Origin: Candidatus Saccharimonadia bacterium
GTDB lineage: Bacteria > Patescibacteriota > Saccharimonadia > UBA4664
Assembly: GCA_038245115.1 (NCBI GenBank)
Contig: JBBRSS010000005.1
Span: 3,141-67,140 of the forward strand
Direction of reading: 5' to 3'
Length of the DNA: 64,000 nt
Shown: positions 9,298 through 19,668 of the stretch, one piece after another
How the letters are laid out: the number at the start of each line of letters is the position of its first letter
How positions within the stretch are numbered: position 1 is the stretch's first letter
The notes under the pieces: generated by a model
Told to the model about the DNA's origin: nothing
Seen by the model: the letters and a program-made list of their open reading frames with translations, nothing else
Databases searched by the model: none
Made by a program: the position numbers and the translations under genes

Positions 9298-9712
9298 TTG
9301 CTGCAGCTTTAAAGATAACTTTCTTGTAGAGAAAATAATTCCATATTGTTATGAGAACAGTGACGACTGGTTTTGAAATTTCCGGTCCGATTCCGTGGCT
9401 AGCCATGCCAACTACAAGAAGATTAGTGAACAATAAATTCGCAAGTACAAGCGCCCCGTACCAAGCTGCCTGCCTCAGCGAATGGTGTGGGCTCCGGGGT
9501 GCATTAAATGACCAATATTTATTGCTCAGAAAATTTGACGTGAGCCCCACTAAAAAACCGATGGTTGTGGCGACCGATAAAGGCAGATGGAATAAATGAT
9601 AAAAGCAGAGAAGAAATCCGTAGTCAATGCCAAACGATAAAATACCCACAACTAGGTAGCGGGCGAATGAACTTCTAAAAGCTTGCTTGGCCACCATTTT
9701 GGATAATTCCAA
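9287..9712 (-). CDS. GtrA-family flippase-like protein
   Basis: RYLVVG, NFLSNKYWSF, WNYFLYKKVIF; four TMs; alternative start at 9697. Confidence 0.88.
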   Translation of the reverse strand: MELSKMVAKQAFRSSFARYLVVGILSFGIDYGFLLCFYHLFHLPLSVATTIGFLVGLTSNFLSNKYWSFNAPRSPHHSLRQAAWYGALVLANLLFTNLLVVGMASHGIGPEISKPVVTVLITIWNYFLYKKVIFKAAATKP

Positions 9713-9771
9713 TCTTGTAGATTCGATATTTGTAAGGTATTATTATAAGTGTAAGCGGAATAAAAAGCAAG

Positions 9772-10326
9772 ATGGCTAGCTCGCGAAACAAATCTCTTTT
9801 TCCCATACGAAACGTAATTGTTATCGCGTTTTTACTTGCCACCCTGGGCGCCTTAGGGGTACTGGCTTATGAGAAGTCAAAACCCTCTAATACTGCAGGG
9901 CAGCCGATCGACACGACCAATAAAAACCCTCTCACCGAGCAAGAAAAGCAGCAGGCCGCAGCCGAGAAAAATCAATCGGCAGAGAAGGGAGCCGGTGCAA
10001 ATGCCTCAGTTACTCCCGTGCCCGTCAAGCTGGCGGCGGTAATAAACAGGGCGATTCAAATGAGTGCGGGCCAGCCTGTCAATATTCGCGGAACCATTTC
10101 GGGGACGTCGGTTGGAACCTGTGAATTGAAATTCGTAAAAACGGGGCAGACTGCGTTTTCCAAAAGTTTTCCCATTGTCATGGATGCCACCTCAGCCACC
10201 TGCGGCCAAGCCGATGTGCCGTCCGGGGAATTCCCGGCGTCGGGTGAGTGGGAAGTTCAGCTCGTGGCTAAAAATGGGGCCACAGCGTCCGCGGCTGCAA
10301 AATCAACTGTACAGGTTAGTAAATAA
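9772..10326 (+). CDS. single-TM exported protein with Ig-like C-terminus
   Basis: N-terminal TM, low-complexity linker, beta-rich domain with a Cys pair. Confidence 0.6.
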   Translation: MASSRNKSLFPIRNVIVIAFLLATLGALGVLAYEKSKPSNTAGQPIDTTNKNPLTEQEKQQAAAEKNQSAEKGAGANASVTPVPVKLAAVINRAIQMSAGQPVNIRGTISGTSVGTCELKFVKTGQTAFSKSFPIVMDATSATCGQADVPSGEFPASGEWEVQLVAKNGATASAAAKSTVQVSK

Positions 10327-12377
10327 TGCACAGACGAGTGTTAGCCGCAATGCATATTCCACTAGGTCGTCTGGCAGCTATGGCCGTGCTGATATTTCAG
10401 AGTGGTCTTGGCGGCTTGTTCTGGTTCGGCTCAGCGCAGGCTCTGTCTGGGAGCGACTTCCGGCCAGGCCGAATTATCGACAACGCTATCTTCTACAACC
10501 GCTCCGCGATGTCTGTTGACCAGATACAGCAATTTCTCAATGCTCGCGTCCCTGTCTGCGACACGAATGGGACCAAGCCATCGGAAAATGGCGGAGGAAC
10601 CCGGGCCCAGTATGGGGCCTCGCAGGGCTACCCGGCCCCATACACCTGTGTTCGTGATTACTGGCAGAACCCCACTACCGGCGAGGACAACTATGGCGGA
10701 AAGCCCACCCCTGCCGGCGCCCAGAGCGCTGCCCAAATAATCTGGAACGCGGCTCAGCAATACAACGTCAACCCTCAGGTTTTGTTGGTATTGATTCAAA
10801 AAGAGGCTATCGGCAATATTCTCGGCGACGAGTGGCCATGGCCAAACCAATACCGGACGGCAACAGGTTTCGGGTGCCCCGATAACGGCCCCAACAATAC
10901 GGCCAACTGCAATGCACAGTATTACGGGTTTGCCAATCAAGTCACCCTCGCCGCCAAGCAGTTTCGCCTGTACGCCAACAACCCGGGCAACTATAACTTC
11001 CTGCCCAGCACTACGAACTTTATCCAGTGGAGCCCCAATGCAAGCTGTGGCGGAGCAAATGTCTATATCGAGAACCAGGCGACGGCTTCACTCTATGACT
11101 ACACCCCCTATCAGCCCAATCAGGCGGCCCTCAAAAATCTTTACGCAACCGGTGATGGCTGCAGCGCGTACGGTAACCGCAACTTCTGGCGCATTTTTAC
11201 CGAGTGGTTTGGAAACACTACAGAATCGGCCGATGAGCTCGACCGCCCCGACTCTCAGCGCAGCCTCCAGACGGTTGAATTTAACAGCCAGATTTACACG
11301 TTTTACTACGATTCATTCCAGCGCGTACTGCGGGTGGCAACGCAGAACATCTCGACCGGAGTATGGGAATACACGGTGATCGACGGCTCGAGCAAGGACG
11401 CCGGCGGCAGAATAGACGCCAGCCTCGGGAGCGGCGTCACCGTCACTACCCTCGCAAATTCGCTCCAGGTTTACTACTACGACAAAACCAACGGTGATCT
11501 GAGGCACGGCTGGAAGGATAGTAACGGGTGGCACTTTGAGACCCTCGACGGCGACGCTGGCTCGATATCCCACCAGTCGGGAGACGTAGGCGCGAACCCG
11601 AGCGTCACAACCCTCAACGGCTCGATCCAGTTATTCTACTACGACCGCGGACAGGGTAATATGCGGCACGCCTGGGCCGATGCCACCGGGTGGCATTTTG
11701 AAAACCTCGACGGCGATGCGGGCTCCTTGGGCCACCTAACTACCGACACGGGCCTATACTCGACAGTATCTACGTTCGCCGGGTTTGTTCAGCTGTATTA
11801 CTATGACCGCGGGCAAGGCAACTTGCGGCATGCCTGGACCGATGCCACCGGGTGGCATTTTGAAAACCTCGACGGCGACGTCGGTTCGATTGCTCGCCAA
11901 TCTGGTGACGTGGGTCTGAGCCCGTCGATGACCATCGTTGGCAGCTCAATCCAGTTGTTTTACTACGACCGCGGGCAAGGTAACCTGCGCCATGCCTGGT
12001 CCGATGCCACCGGGTGGCATTTTGAAAACCTCGACGGCGACGTCGGTTCGATCGCTCGCCTATCTGGTGACGTCGGCATCAACTCCAGCGTTTCCAGCTT
12101 CGGAGGCTCGATCCAGCTGTTCTACTACGACCGCGGGCAAGGCAACCTGCGCCATGCCTGGGCCAATACCACCGGCTGGCATTTTGAGGATCTCGACGGG
12201 ACCCCAGGCTCGATCGGCCGCCGCAACGGCGACACTGGAGTCGGCTCAACGGTCACGCCCTTCAGTAACTCTTTGCAGCTGTACTACTATGACCGCACCA
12301 GCGGAAACCTGCGGCACTCCTGGTCGGACACAACCGGGTGGCACTTTGAGGATCTGGGACCTTTGGTTATATACTAA
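10326..12377 (+). CDS. secreted protein: lysozyme-like N-terminal domain plus 7 x 54-aa beta-propeller (lectin-like) repeats
   Basis: FRPGRIIDNAIFY, NPQVLLVLIQKE, YDYTPY, YGNRNFW; repeats YYDRGQGNLRHAW..TGWHFENLDG. Confidence 0.75.
   Translation: MHRRVLAAMHIPLGRLAAMAVLIFQSGLGGLFWFGSAQALSGSDFRPGRIIDNAIFYNRSAMSVDQIQQFLNARVPVCDTNGTKPSENGGGTRAQYGASQGYPAPYTCVRDYWQNPTTGEDNYGGKPTPAGAQSAAQIIWNAAQQYNVNPQVLLVLIQKEAIGNILGDEWPWPNQYRTATGFGCPDNGPNNTANCNAQYYGFANQVTLAAKQFRLYANNPGNYNFLPSTTNFIQWSPNASCGGANVYIENQATASLYDYTPYQPNQAALKNLYATGDGCSAYGNRNFWRIFTEWFGNTTESADELDRPDSQRSLQTVEFNSQIYTFYYDSFQRVLRVATQNISTGVWEYTVIDGSSKDAGGRIDASLGSGVTVTTLANSLQVYYYDKTNGDLRHGWKDSNGWHFETLDGDAGSISHQSGDVGANPSVTTLNGSIQLFYYDRGQGNMRHAWADATGWHFENLDGDAGSLGHLTTDTGLYSTVSTFAGFVQLYYYDRGQGNLRHAWTDATGWHFENLDGDVGSIARQSGDVGLSPSMTIVGSSIQLFYYDRGQGNLRHAWSDATGWHFENLDGDVGSIARLSGDVGINSSVSSFGGSIQLFYYDRGQGNLRHAWANTTGWHFEDLDGTPGSIGRRNGDTGVGSTVTPFSNSLQLYYYDRTSGNLRHSWSDTTGWHFEDLGPLVIY
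11300..12365 (+). repeat. intragenic 162-bp tandem repeats (about 7 units)
   Basis: GACCGCGG...GGGTGGCATTTTGAAAACCTCGACGGCGA recurs every 162 nt. Confidence 0.9.
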
Positions 12378-12382
12378 ACACT

Positions 12383-14170
12383 ATGAGCCGACCAGATGTC
12401 ACCCGGTTAAAAAGCCTGCTATGGCAATACAAGCACCACCTGCTAGCGGGTGGGCTTATTTTAATATGGTGCCTCCCCTATTTCACAACTGGCACCAAGC
12501 TGGAATGGGGCGATTTCAGCTTCTTCTGTCAGGGTTACGAGGCTATTCGAATCCAAATTATGCACTATCACGAGTTTCCCTGGTTCAACCCTTGGGTTGC
12601 CGGTGGGGTGCCGCTTTACGCCAACCCTCAATTTGGCGTGTTCTCATTCCAAACGCTATTTGTCTTGCTATTTGGGGCGCCGATTGGCCTGAAGCTGGCA
12701 CTGGTCGTCTATACGCTGCTCGGTTATGCTTCGATGTATATTCTGACCCGCCGTTTCTTCAAAATTAGTGCCACCACTGCCTGTCTAGTAAGCCTAGCCT
12801 GGGTATTTTCCTCGTTCTTTGTGGCCCATCTGCCCGCTCACTTCACCTTCGCATGGTATATGCTGGCGCCATTTTATGTGTACTTGGCACTAACGGTACG
12901 AGCCTGGCGAGGCGGATTGGGTGTGGGAACGGCCTTCGCAGTGATGGCGCTGTCGGCTTTCCATAACGCTTTTTTCCAGATCGGGCTTGTGTGTGCCTGC
13001 ATCCTCCTCATCCGTTTAGTAGTAGGTAAAGTGCCGCGCGTCCAACTGCTAGGTGCCATACTCACGACTGCAACAACGTTTTTGGTCCTCGCAGGCCACC
13101 GGATAATTTTTACGATTCAAAACGTTAGTGATTTCCCGCGCATACTGACTGACCCGCCGCTCGGGGCCGCTAAATCAGTTTTTGCCGTGGTTCTGCCCTA
13201 CTCGGTCGCTCACCCATTCAGGTTTATCCGCTACCCTTCAAGCCCGTTCGGCTGGACGGAAACTACGTCATCGGTGGGGGTATTCCTTACCGTGGCCGCG
13301 GGCCTGGGGATACTATTTCTGTTGCATTCCCGCCGCGAACGAACATTGTCCAAGCCTTTGCTGGTAATGACACTCGGGGTCTTATTGGTAGCTTTGATCT
13401 TTATTGTAATTGGAGCTGGCTCGGTACGGCCATGGGCGCCATATAGCTTGATCAAGGATCTACCGGTCTTCAATAATATGCGCGTGTCTTCCCGGTGGTT
13501 TATCTGGTTCTCGTTCGCCGTGCTAGTTTTTGTGGGGCTGGTCGCCCAGCACACCCGGAAACGTTCATTCGGCCGCTACATTTTTTACAGTCTGTTGGGG
13601 CTTGGAGTAGGCGAATTATTCGTCATGAATGCTGGCTACCAGGCCAAGGCATTCGTACACGCCGTAGTGGCCCCAGCGCAGGCATTTTCCAACTACCAAT
13701 TCGTTCAAACGGGTACCTTCGGTGAATCTATGTCCTTGCCCGGCGGTAACCGCATAAGCCAGAACGACGGGCTTATGCCCCATTTTTACCGCGAGTATGA
13801 AGCCACGCTTTATAATACTGGCGTCATACATGCCAATGACGCCCTCATAGACCTGAATACCAGGCCCACGCCCCGATGCAGCCTGGCGCAAGGCTGCGGG
13901 CTTGTGCTCACGCCTAACGCCCGTCTGGTATCGTGGACTCCGGGTAAGATCGTCATGACCCGCCTAGCACCGGGCCCAATACGGCTCGACATTAACGACT
14001 CCAACTACTTTGTAGTGAACGGAACGCGGCGATACGGGGCCAGAGTGGCCGAGCCCTATAAAGATTTTGTTATCACTGCACCGGAAAAGACGATAACGAT
14101 CGAGGTGAAACCGGCGGTGAATATCGGCGAGTTAGCCCGATCTCTGGTGCATGCCGCGCAGAATCAATAA
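12383..14170 (+). CDS. multi-TM GT-C/YfhO-like membrane protein
   Basis: FPWFNPWVAGGVPLYANPQ motif, about 11 TMs, MRVSSRW. Confidence 0.7.
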   Translation: MSRPDVTRLKSLLWQYKHHLLAGGLILIWCLPYFTTGTKLEWGDFSFFCQGYEAIRIQIMHYHEFPWFNPWVAGGVPLYANPQFGVFSFQTLFVLLFGAPIGLKLALVVYTLLGYASMYILTRRFFKISATTACLVSLAWVFSSFFVAHLPAHFTFAWYMLAPFYVYLALTVRAWRGGLGVGTAFAVMALSAFHNAFFQIGLVCACILLIRLVVGKVPRVQLLGAILTTATTFLVLAGHRIIFTIQNVSDFPRILTDPPLGAAKSVFAVVLPYSVAHPFRFIRYPSSPFGWTETTSSVGVFLTVAAGLGILFLLHSRRERTLSKPLLVMTLGVLLVALIFIVIGAGSVRPWAPYSLIKDLPVFNNMRVSSRWFIWFSFAVLVFVGLVAQHTRKRSFGRYIFYSLLGLGVGELFVMNAGYQAKAFVHAVVAPAQAFSNYQFVQTGTFGESMSLPGGNRISQNDGLMPHFYREYEATLYNTGVIHANDALIDLNTRPTPRCSLAQGCGLVLTPNARLVSWTPGKIVMTRLAPGPIRLDINDSNYFVVNGTRRYGARVAEPYKDFVITAPEKTITIEVKPAVNIGELARSLVHAAQNQ

Positions 14171-15486
14171 GCCGAGCGCACGAAAGTGTCAAACTGTTCG
14201 TAGGTAGTATCCCAGCTCGTGGGATGGTATTTCGAAGCGATCTCCGCTTCTTTACTGGCTAATACGGGCTTATCAAGATACTTAACGATGAGGTTGAGGC
14301 AGGCGGCTGCGTCAAATGGCTCGAAATACTCGAGCAAATCTCCGGCGATCTCCGTCATAGAGGAAGTGGATGACGGAAGGCACAGCTTGCCATAGGCCAG
14401 CGACTCGGCAATCGGCAGACCCCAGCCCTCGTAGATAGCCGGGAAGACGGTAAGACGACAATTTTGATAAAGCCAGGTGAGCTGGCTATCTGAAATGCCG
14501 CTAACGATCTGGATTTGGTCACGAACATCTGGGTCATGCTCCAGCGCATAAATAACGTCACCGGTGAACCATCCCCGACCGCCAACAATAACCAGCTTCG
14601 GCAGCTCAATGCCGCGGAGCTTCGCGAGCTTCCAGACTGAGTACAAGAGAGCGTGGTTTTTGCGGACTTCGAGCGTTCCGACACAGAGGATATACTCACC
14701 CGCCTCAAGTGAGCCAACCGAGCCGGGGTGAGGGGCGGCGGACATAACATCATCCCCCAGCCGCATGATACCAATCGGCGGAACGGGCAGGCGTAATTCT
14801 TTGCAGAAGCGCTCCATATCGCGCTTGGAAGACTTGGAAATGGCCACTAGGCCGTCGGAGTTGGCTGCGACCTCAAACATATGCTGGGTGTACTGGCGGA
14901 ACAGACCAGGGCCGAAAAGGTGGGGGTGAAGCGAAGGTATGAGGTCATAAATGACCTGCACTAACTTGAAGTGCAGCGAACGGCGTAGCACGCCGAGATC
15001 GGGCATGAGATTCGGGTAATCCCAGGCTTTGCCCATGATCAAAACAGTATCGCCGGCGGAGAAAACCGCCTCGGGTCCCACAGGTCCGCGATCAATTGTG
15101 CTGCGGCGCAACTTACTCAGGAAATGGCGGCCGCGGTGGTAGTTGTGGCGCAGACGGTTCTTGTTCTCGGGTGTGAGGATGGCGCGCCGCCAAGATTCGG
15201 GGGCGCGGTGAGCCAAGCCCCTGGCGGTCTGTACGGCCTTCTGTTTTAGCCGGCCCTTGAGTGACGGCGCCATGTCGGCCGCACTCGATCCTGGGTCCTC
15301 AGTTAGCGGTATAAACTGGGTCTCAACGAAAATACGCCGGGCGTCATTGTAGAAAAAGAAACGTACATCCTCGCGTTTGGAATACCCGTACGCGAGGTGA
15401 TAAACAACCCGCTGGATGCCGGTGTGGTGCCCGGACCAGGCGCGCAGGTCAGTTAGGTCAATCCAAATAACAGGTGCATGGCTCAT
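14164..15486 (-). CDS. GT4 glycosyltransferase (WbpX/rhamnosyltransferase-like)
   Basis: TGIQRV, YDLIP, VGTLEVRKNH, YEGWGLPIAE; ATG 15486 overlaps upstream stop (ATGA). Confidence 0.9.
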   Translation of the reverse strand: MSHAPVIWIDLTDLRAWSGHHTGIQRVVYHLAYGYSKREDVRFFFYNDARRIFVETQFIPLTEDPGSSAADMAPSLKGRLKQKAVQTARGLAHRAPESWRRAILTPENKNRLRHNYHRGRHFLSKLRRSTIDRGPVGPEAVFSAGDTVLIMGKAWDYPNLMPDLGVLRRSLHFKLVQVIYDLIPSLHPHLFGPGLFRQYTQHMFEVAANSDGLVAISKSSKRDMERFCKELRLPVPPIGIMRLGDDVMSAAPHPGSVGSLEAGEYILCVGTLEVRKNHALLYSVWKLAKLRGIELPKLVIVGGRGWFTGDVIYALEHDPDVRDQIQIVSGISDSQLTWLYQNCRLTVFPAIYEGWGLPIAESLAYGKLCLPSSTSSMTEIAGDLLEYFEPFDAAACLNLIVKYLDKPVLASKEAEIASKYHPTSWDTTYEQFDTFVRSAY

Positions 15487-16691
15487 AATTGTGAGACCTC
15501 CTTTACAAGATCCTTCATAACGTTTGGCCATTTCACGCCCTCGACGGACTTCTGTTGCTCTGGGGTGCGGGCTATGAACGGCGCGGCGAGTGCTTTGGTC
15601 AGATTCTCGCGAAATTGATCCGGGTTATCCGTCACCCATAAGTTAGGAAGGTCACGGTAGCGCTCATAGGAACGGAAGGCGTGGTTGGTAGCGACAATTT
15701 TTCGGCCGGAGAGCAGGGCTTCGGCAGTCTTTAAGTTGGATCCCCCGCCCTCCGTAATCGGCAGCACGACCACATCGCAGAGTTCGAGCAAAGCGGCCAG
15801 ACTGTCGTCGCTTAAGCGCCCGCACGCCACTGCTCTGAGCCAGAACGTCGCGTCCTCGAGTCGCTCCCTCGTGTAGCCCTGCGAGAAATAATCTGAAATG
15901 CTGCCCGCCAGAAACAATTTAGTGTCGGGAGGAAGAAAGCCCAGCCGATTGCCGATCATTTTCTCGAACCCGAACCAGTTTGGCGGGTGGGCGCTGCCTA
16001 CAAATATAACCTTTTTGGATATGTGGTGCTTCTCAAAGTAGTTTTGCCAATATGTGCTGGCGGCAGCGGTCGCAGGCAGAAGCTCTATCCCATTGGGCGC
16101 CAGTACGCTACGAACGGCACCCATCTTCATATGTTCATTAAGGTCACTGGTACTGACAGCTGCCAGAAGATCGCAGTCGGCCGCCAACTCGTGCTCCAGA
16201 CCCTCGATTTGGTCGGCAGCAGCTTTGGCTACCGCGGGGTCCACCCCCAGCCCCAAGAGCATCTCCTCTTTCATGCTGTACTCAACATTTTGCGAGCCGA
16301 ATATTAGTTTGGGCTTGAGGCCAAGCTCCTTAAGTAGCGGCTTGAGACCCAGATAGGGGTAAACCTGCTCAATGTGAATGACGTCCGGCCGGAAGCCCTG
16401 CAACAGCGAGCTAACTTTGCGCCTCACTTTGGGTTCCCGGTAAATCGCGTCGCTGACGATTATGTCACCGGTGAAGGGCGATTGCTGGATCTTGCGCGCG
16501 CTCGCTTCGCCAACCGCCACGTCTAGGCTCCCCGCCACGGGGTAAAAGCCCCGATAGTAAACCGCCATAAACTTCACCTCGCTGAAGTTTGCCTTGTAGG
16601 CATCATAGATTGCCTTGGTCCGCTTTTGGCCACCGTGCTGGGCATTGGCGATCGGATAGGTAGTAATGATAAGAATCTTCTTTTTGATCAT
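15483..16691 (-). CDS. GT4-like glycosyltransferase
   Basis: HGGQKR, FVGSAHPPN, PITEGGGSNLKTAEA. Confidence 0.85.
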   Translation of the reverse strand: MIKKKILIITTYPIANAQHGGQKRTKAIYDAYKANFSEVKFMAVYYRGFYPVAGSLDVAVGEASARKIQQSPFTGDIIVSDAIYREPKVRRKVSSLLQGFRPDVIHIEQVYPYLGLKPLLKELGLKPKLIFGSQNVEYSMKEEMLLGLGVDPAVAKAAADQIEGLEHELAADCDLLAAVSTSDLNEHMKMGAVRSVLAPNGIELLPATAAASTYWQNYFEKHHISKKVIFVGSAHPPNWFGFEKMIGNRLGFLPPDTKLFLAGSISDYFSQGYTRERLEDATFWLRAVACGRLSDDSLAALLELCDVVVLPITEGGGSNLKTAEALLSGRKIVATNHAFRSYERYRDLPNLWVTDNPDQFRENLTKALAAPFIARTPEQQKSVEGVKWPNVMKDLVKEVSQL

Positions 16692-18595
16692 GACTCGGAA
16701 CGACCTTCGAAATATACCTTTATCTTAGCATCCAGCTGTTTTATACCTCCGGGCGACCGAAGAATTCGCGCTAGTTCATCGTTCGGGCTGGCCGCACTCC
16801 GGCAGAATTCCGCCAATTCGTGAGCCAGTTTCCGCACATCAAACTTCAAATACTCAGAGTAGCTAGACGGCAGCCCGCCCAGGTTCTTCACCGGGATGTC
16901 TGGGTCGAGCTGGCCTCGCACCGCCTGCTCGACCTCTGCGGACATCGTAAGCACGCCGCACGACTGGTTTACCATTGAAGCCAGCCCGGCGGCTTCCGGT
17001 TGCGCAAATGATTTCTCGAGTTTGGCCGCGTGGCTCGATATCAGCCCTTCATCCACAAGTTGAGTAAGGGGAAACTCGAGATTGCCTGCCCCGAGCAGCA
17101 CAAAACCGGGTAAAGCGAGGGCGGCGCGCAGAATACGGGCAGAGTATTTGGTGTCATCAATGACATAGAGTACGGCATCGGTGGCGTGGTACCGGGCCAG
17201 GGTGAAGTCGCCGACATCGTTGGCTCGAGCGATGCGGTCGATATACGCAGGGTGGCTTCCAGGGGCATCGTGACCAGCATCAAAGTAGTACTCAATATCC
17301 CACAATTCATTTAGCGCTGAGTAGAAATACTGCATAAATTGTGCCAGCGGGCTGCCGCTGATCGGATGCGGGCAAACAATTGCTACCCGGGGTCTGGCGG
17401 GAGCAGATGGCAGCGGCATATGGTCTTGAATCTGCTTCAAGCCGCTGGCAAAGGCCTTCGCACTATTACGCCAGCTGTATTTTTTGAGCGTTGGAGCGTA
17501 CTGGGCATGTCTGTGTTCCCAGTCTTGGTGTGTTACGGCGCTCATGAGAGCGGACGTAATTTCAACAGACGAATGGGGGTCGAACATGTAAAACGCCTGC
17601 TCGGAAATCTCTTTGAATACCGGTATGGCGGAGCAGGCCACTGGCCGGCCCTTAGCCATAGCCTCAAGGACGGGCAAGCCCAGCCCCTCGATCTCGGAAG
17701 GGAATAATATAAGCTCGGCGTGGTCGAACAGCCAATCCAGCTCGCTCTCGGTGATATTGCCGGTGAATATCAAATCATCGGAGCGGGCGGACAGCTGGGC
17801 CCGGCTACGCTCACTTACAAAAGACGTAACAACCAACTTGAACTGGTTGCCAAACTGCTCGTTAAACCGGGCAAAACCCTCAACTGCCCGCAAATTGTTC
17901 TTGTGAGGGTAATCGGCAGAAGGAAGCAGTATGAACCGTTCATTGCCGAAGTCTTTCGGGCGCAGGGCCTTTTGAACGGTGCTTTCGATGGGTGCGCCAC
18001 CAATCTGAGCCGTGCGCTGGGGGTCAACTCCAAGGCGGGCCACTAAATCATCGATAGTGGTTTGAGAAATACCCGCAAGATAGTTGGCCTCAAAAATAGT
18101 ACAAAACCGTTCAAAATAAGCGTCTCCGGGGAAGTACCGATTGTAATCGCTCCATAGGACGTACGGTATAAGATCGTAAAAAATCAGGGCCTTCACTCTG
18201 GCGCGGTCGGGGAAGACGGCAAAATAATCAAAGGTGAAGTGTGACAGGATCAAATAATCGAAAGGCTGCTTCTGAAACTGCGATTCAGCCCAATAGTTGA
18301 TAGCGCGCTTGGCATCGCGGTGCTGCGCGTCCGGACGCCGGCCGTCATGCGAATCGGGTAGCGTAACCATCACTACCTCGGGCTTATAGGCAACAAATAC
18401 TGCTCGTATTTCTTCCAGCCGGGCATCATCGAACTTAAGGTTGCGGTTGAATAGCAGTATAACGTGCTCGTAATCGAGCAGCCGGTCTGCAAAGAGCTGC
18501 CGTAGAAGACTGAGCGAGTAGCGGCCCATTCCTCTGTGCCATGCTGCGGTCTGGAACAGCTGGCTGTCTATAACGATGGTTTTCGCTGGATTCAT
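16688..18595 (-). CDS. GT4 glycosyltransferase with additional degenerate domain
   Basis: RGMGRYS, YDLIP, HKNN, EGLGLPVLEAM. Confidence 0.88.
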   Translation of the reverse strand: MNPAKTIVIDSQLFQTAAWHRGMGRYSLSLLRQLFADRLLDYEHVILLFNRNLKFDDARLEEIRAVFVAYKPEVVMVTLPDSHDGRRPDAQHRDAKRAINYWAESQFQKQPFDYLILSHFTFDYFAVFPDRARVKALIFYDLIPYVLWSDYNRYFPGDAYFERFCTIFEANYLAGISQTTIDDLVARLGVDPQRTAQIGGAPIESTVQKALRPKDFGNERFILLPSADYPHKNNLRAVEGFARFNEQFGNQFKLVVTSFVSERSRAQLSARSDDLIFTGNITESELDWLFDHAELILFPSEIEGLGLPVLEAMAKGRPVACSAIPVFKEISEQAFYMFDPHSSVEITSALMSAVTHQDWEHRHAQYAPTLKKYSWRNSAKAFASGLKQIQDHMPLPSAPARPRVAIVCPHPISGSPLAQFMQYFYSALNELWDIEYYFDAGHDAPGSHPAYIDRIARANDVGDFTLARYHATDAVLYVIDDTKYSARILRAALALPGFVLLGAGNLEFPLTQLVDEGLISSHAAKLEKSFAQPEAAGLASMVNQSCGVLTMSAEVEQAVRGQLDPDIPVKNLGGLPSSYSEYLKFDVRKLAHELAEFCRSAASPNDELARILRSPGGIKQLDAKIKVYFEGRSES

Positions 18596-18600
18596 CCGGA

Positions 18601-19668
18601 CTACTCTACGCCTCGACGCGACCGGGTGGCGCGTTTGGCTTTGCGACCGAGCGCCCGCAGTGCCGAATAACCCTTGCGAACGATGCGAGCTAGGTGGTGC
18701 TTGGGCCGGTCAATATAGTTGCGAAGGTACTGTTCGCGAGCAGTTATAGGGGTGGTGCCCTCAACTAGGTCTAGCTTCTTGGGGCCGGCACTAGTTCTTG
18801 TGTTGAGACGCTTAATGATGGCGATATCAAATGACCTTAACAATGCCAAAGTATTATGAACGATCCCCCCCGATGCGCCTTTTAGCTCCTGCTTCGTGCG
18901 CTCGAGCTCGCGGCCCAACTCTTCTGTCTCAAGACGGGCTGCCTGCAATTCACCCTCCAGACGCTTCTGCTCCTTGTAAAGATTAAAAGGTACAACTACG
19001 GGTCCAAGCAGCATCACATCCGGGTACGAGAAGTTAGTCGCCCGCTGCTTTGCCTCGCCGGCTAGATAGTAGTCGTTCAGGCCGTCGAAGAACGCTAGGC
19101 TGTAGTTTTGGCCAAGAATAAGCTTGTGCCAGTCTTTTACTATGTGGTTCGATTCAATACAGATAACTTCAGGGCGATACTTTTCCCAATCGTTTCCCAC
19201 CAGGGCTTCATATTCATAGCCTTCAATGTCGATTTTCAAAAAGTGGATGTGCTCGACTTTGTACTGGGTGAAGATTTGAGCCAATGGCAGCAAATCAACC
19301 TCATAGTCACGGTACTCGTTGGTATGAGCGGAGGGGTTGTGTTGATATTCCGACATCATCTCATGGGAGAACGTTGATAGGCCGTGGTTATGGTACTCCC
19401 TGAACATGAGCCGGCCGGCCTCGCCTGCGACCCCGACGCCAAGGTTGATGTCGCGGGTCCGGTCGGCTTCCAGTAGCGCCAAAAGTTTGCGGTTGGGCTC
19501 GATATTAATTCCGTTCCACCCACGGGCATAGAACAGTTTAGTAACGGAGTCATTTGTAGGGTGGTTAGCACCGACATCGACATAAAACCCCTTCTCCACC
19601 TCCGGAAAGAACCCACTAAGGATAATGTCCTCGCGGTTCTGAGCATAAGAAATAGTAATATTATTCAC
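18601..19668 (-). CDS. FkbM-family methyltransferase with C-terminal coiled coil
   Basis: SYAQNRED, YVDVGANHP, GINIEP, LKIDIEGYE; GTG 19668 overlaps upstream stop; heptad-like segment KEQKRLEGELQAARLETEELGRELERTKQEL. Confidence 0.88.
   Translation of the reverse strand: MNNITISYAQNREDIILSGFFPEVEKGFYVDVGANHPTNDSVTKLFYARGWNGINIEPNRKLLALLEADRTRDINLGVGVAGEAGRLMFREYHNHGLSTFSHEMMSEYQHNPSAHTNEYRDYEVDLLPLAQIFTQYKVEHIHFLKIDIEGYEYEALVGNDWEKYRPEVICIESNHIVKDWHKLILGQNYSLAFFDGLNDYYLAGEAKQRATNFSYPDVMLLGPVVVPFNLYKEQKRLEGELQAARLETEELGRELERTKQELKGASGGIVHNTLALLRSFDIAIIKRLNTRTSAGPKKLDLVEGTTPITAREQYLRNYIDRPKHHLARIVRKGYSALRALGRKAKRATRSRRGVE

Noticed and set aside
11300-12365. 162-bp repeats as CRISPR array or DGR template/variable repeats
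   Set aside because: In-frame protein repeats with no unique spacers; differences are largely synonymous and not adenine-specific.
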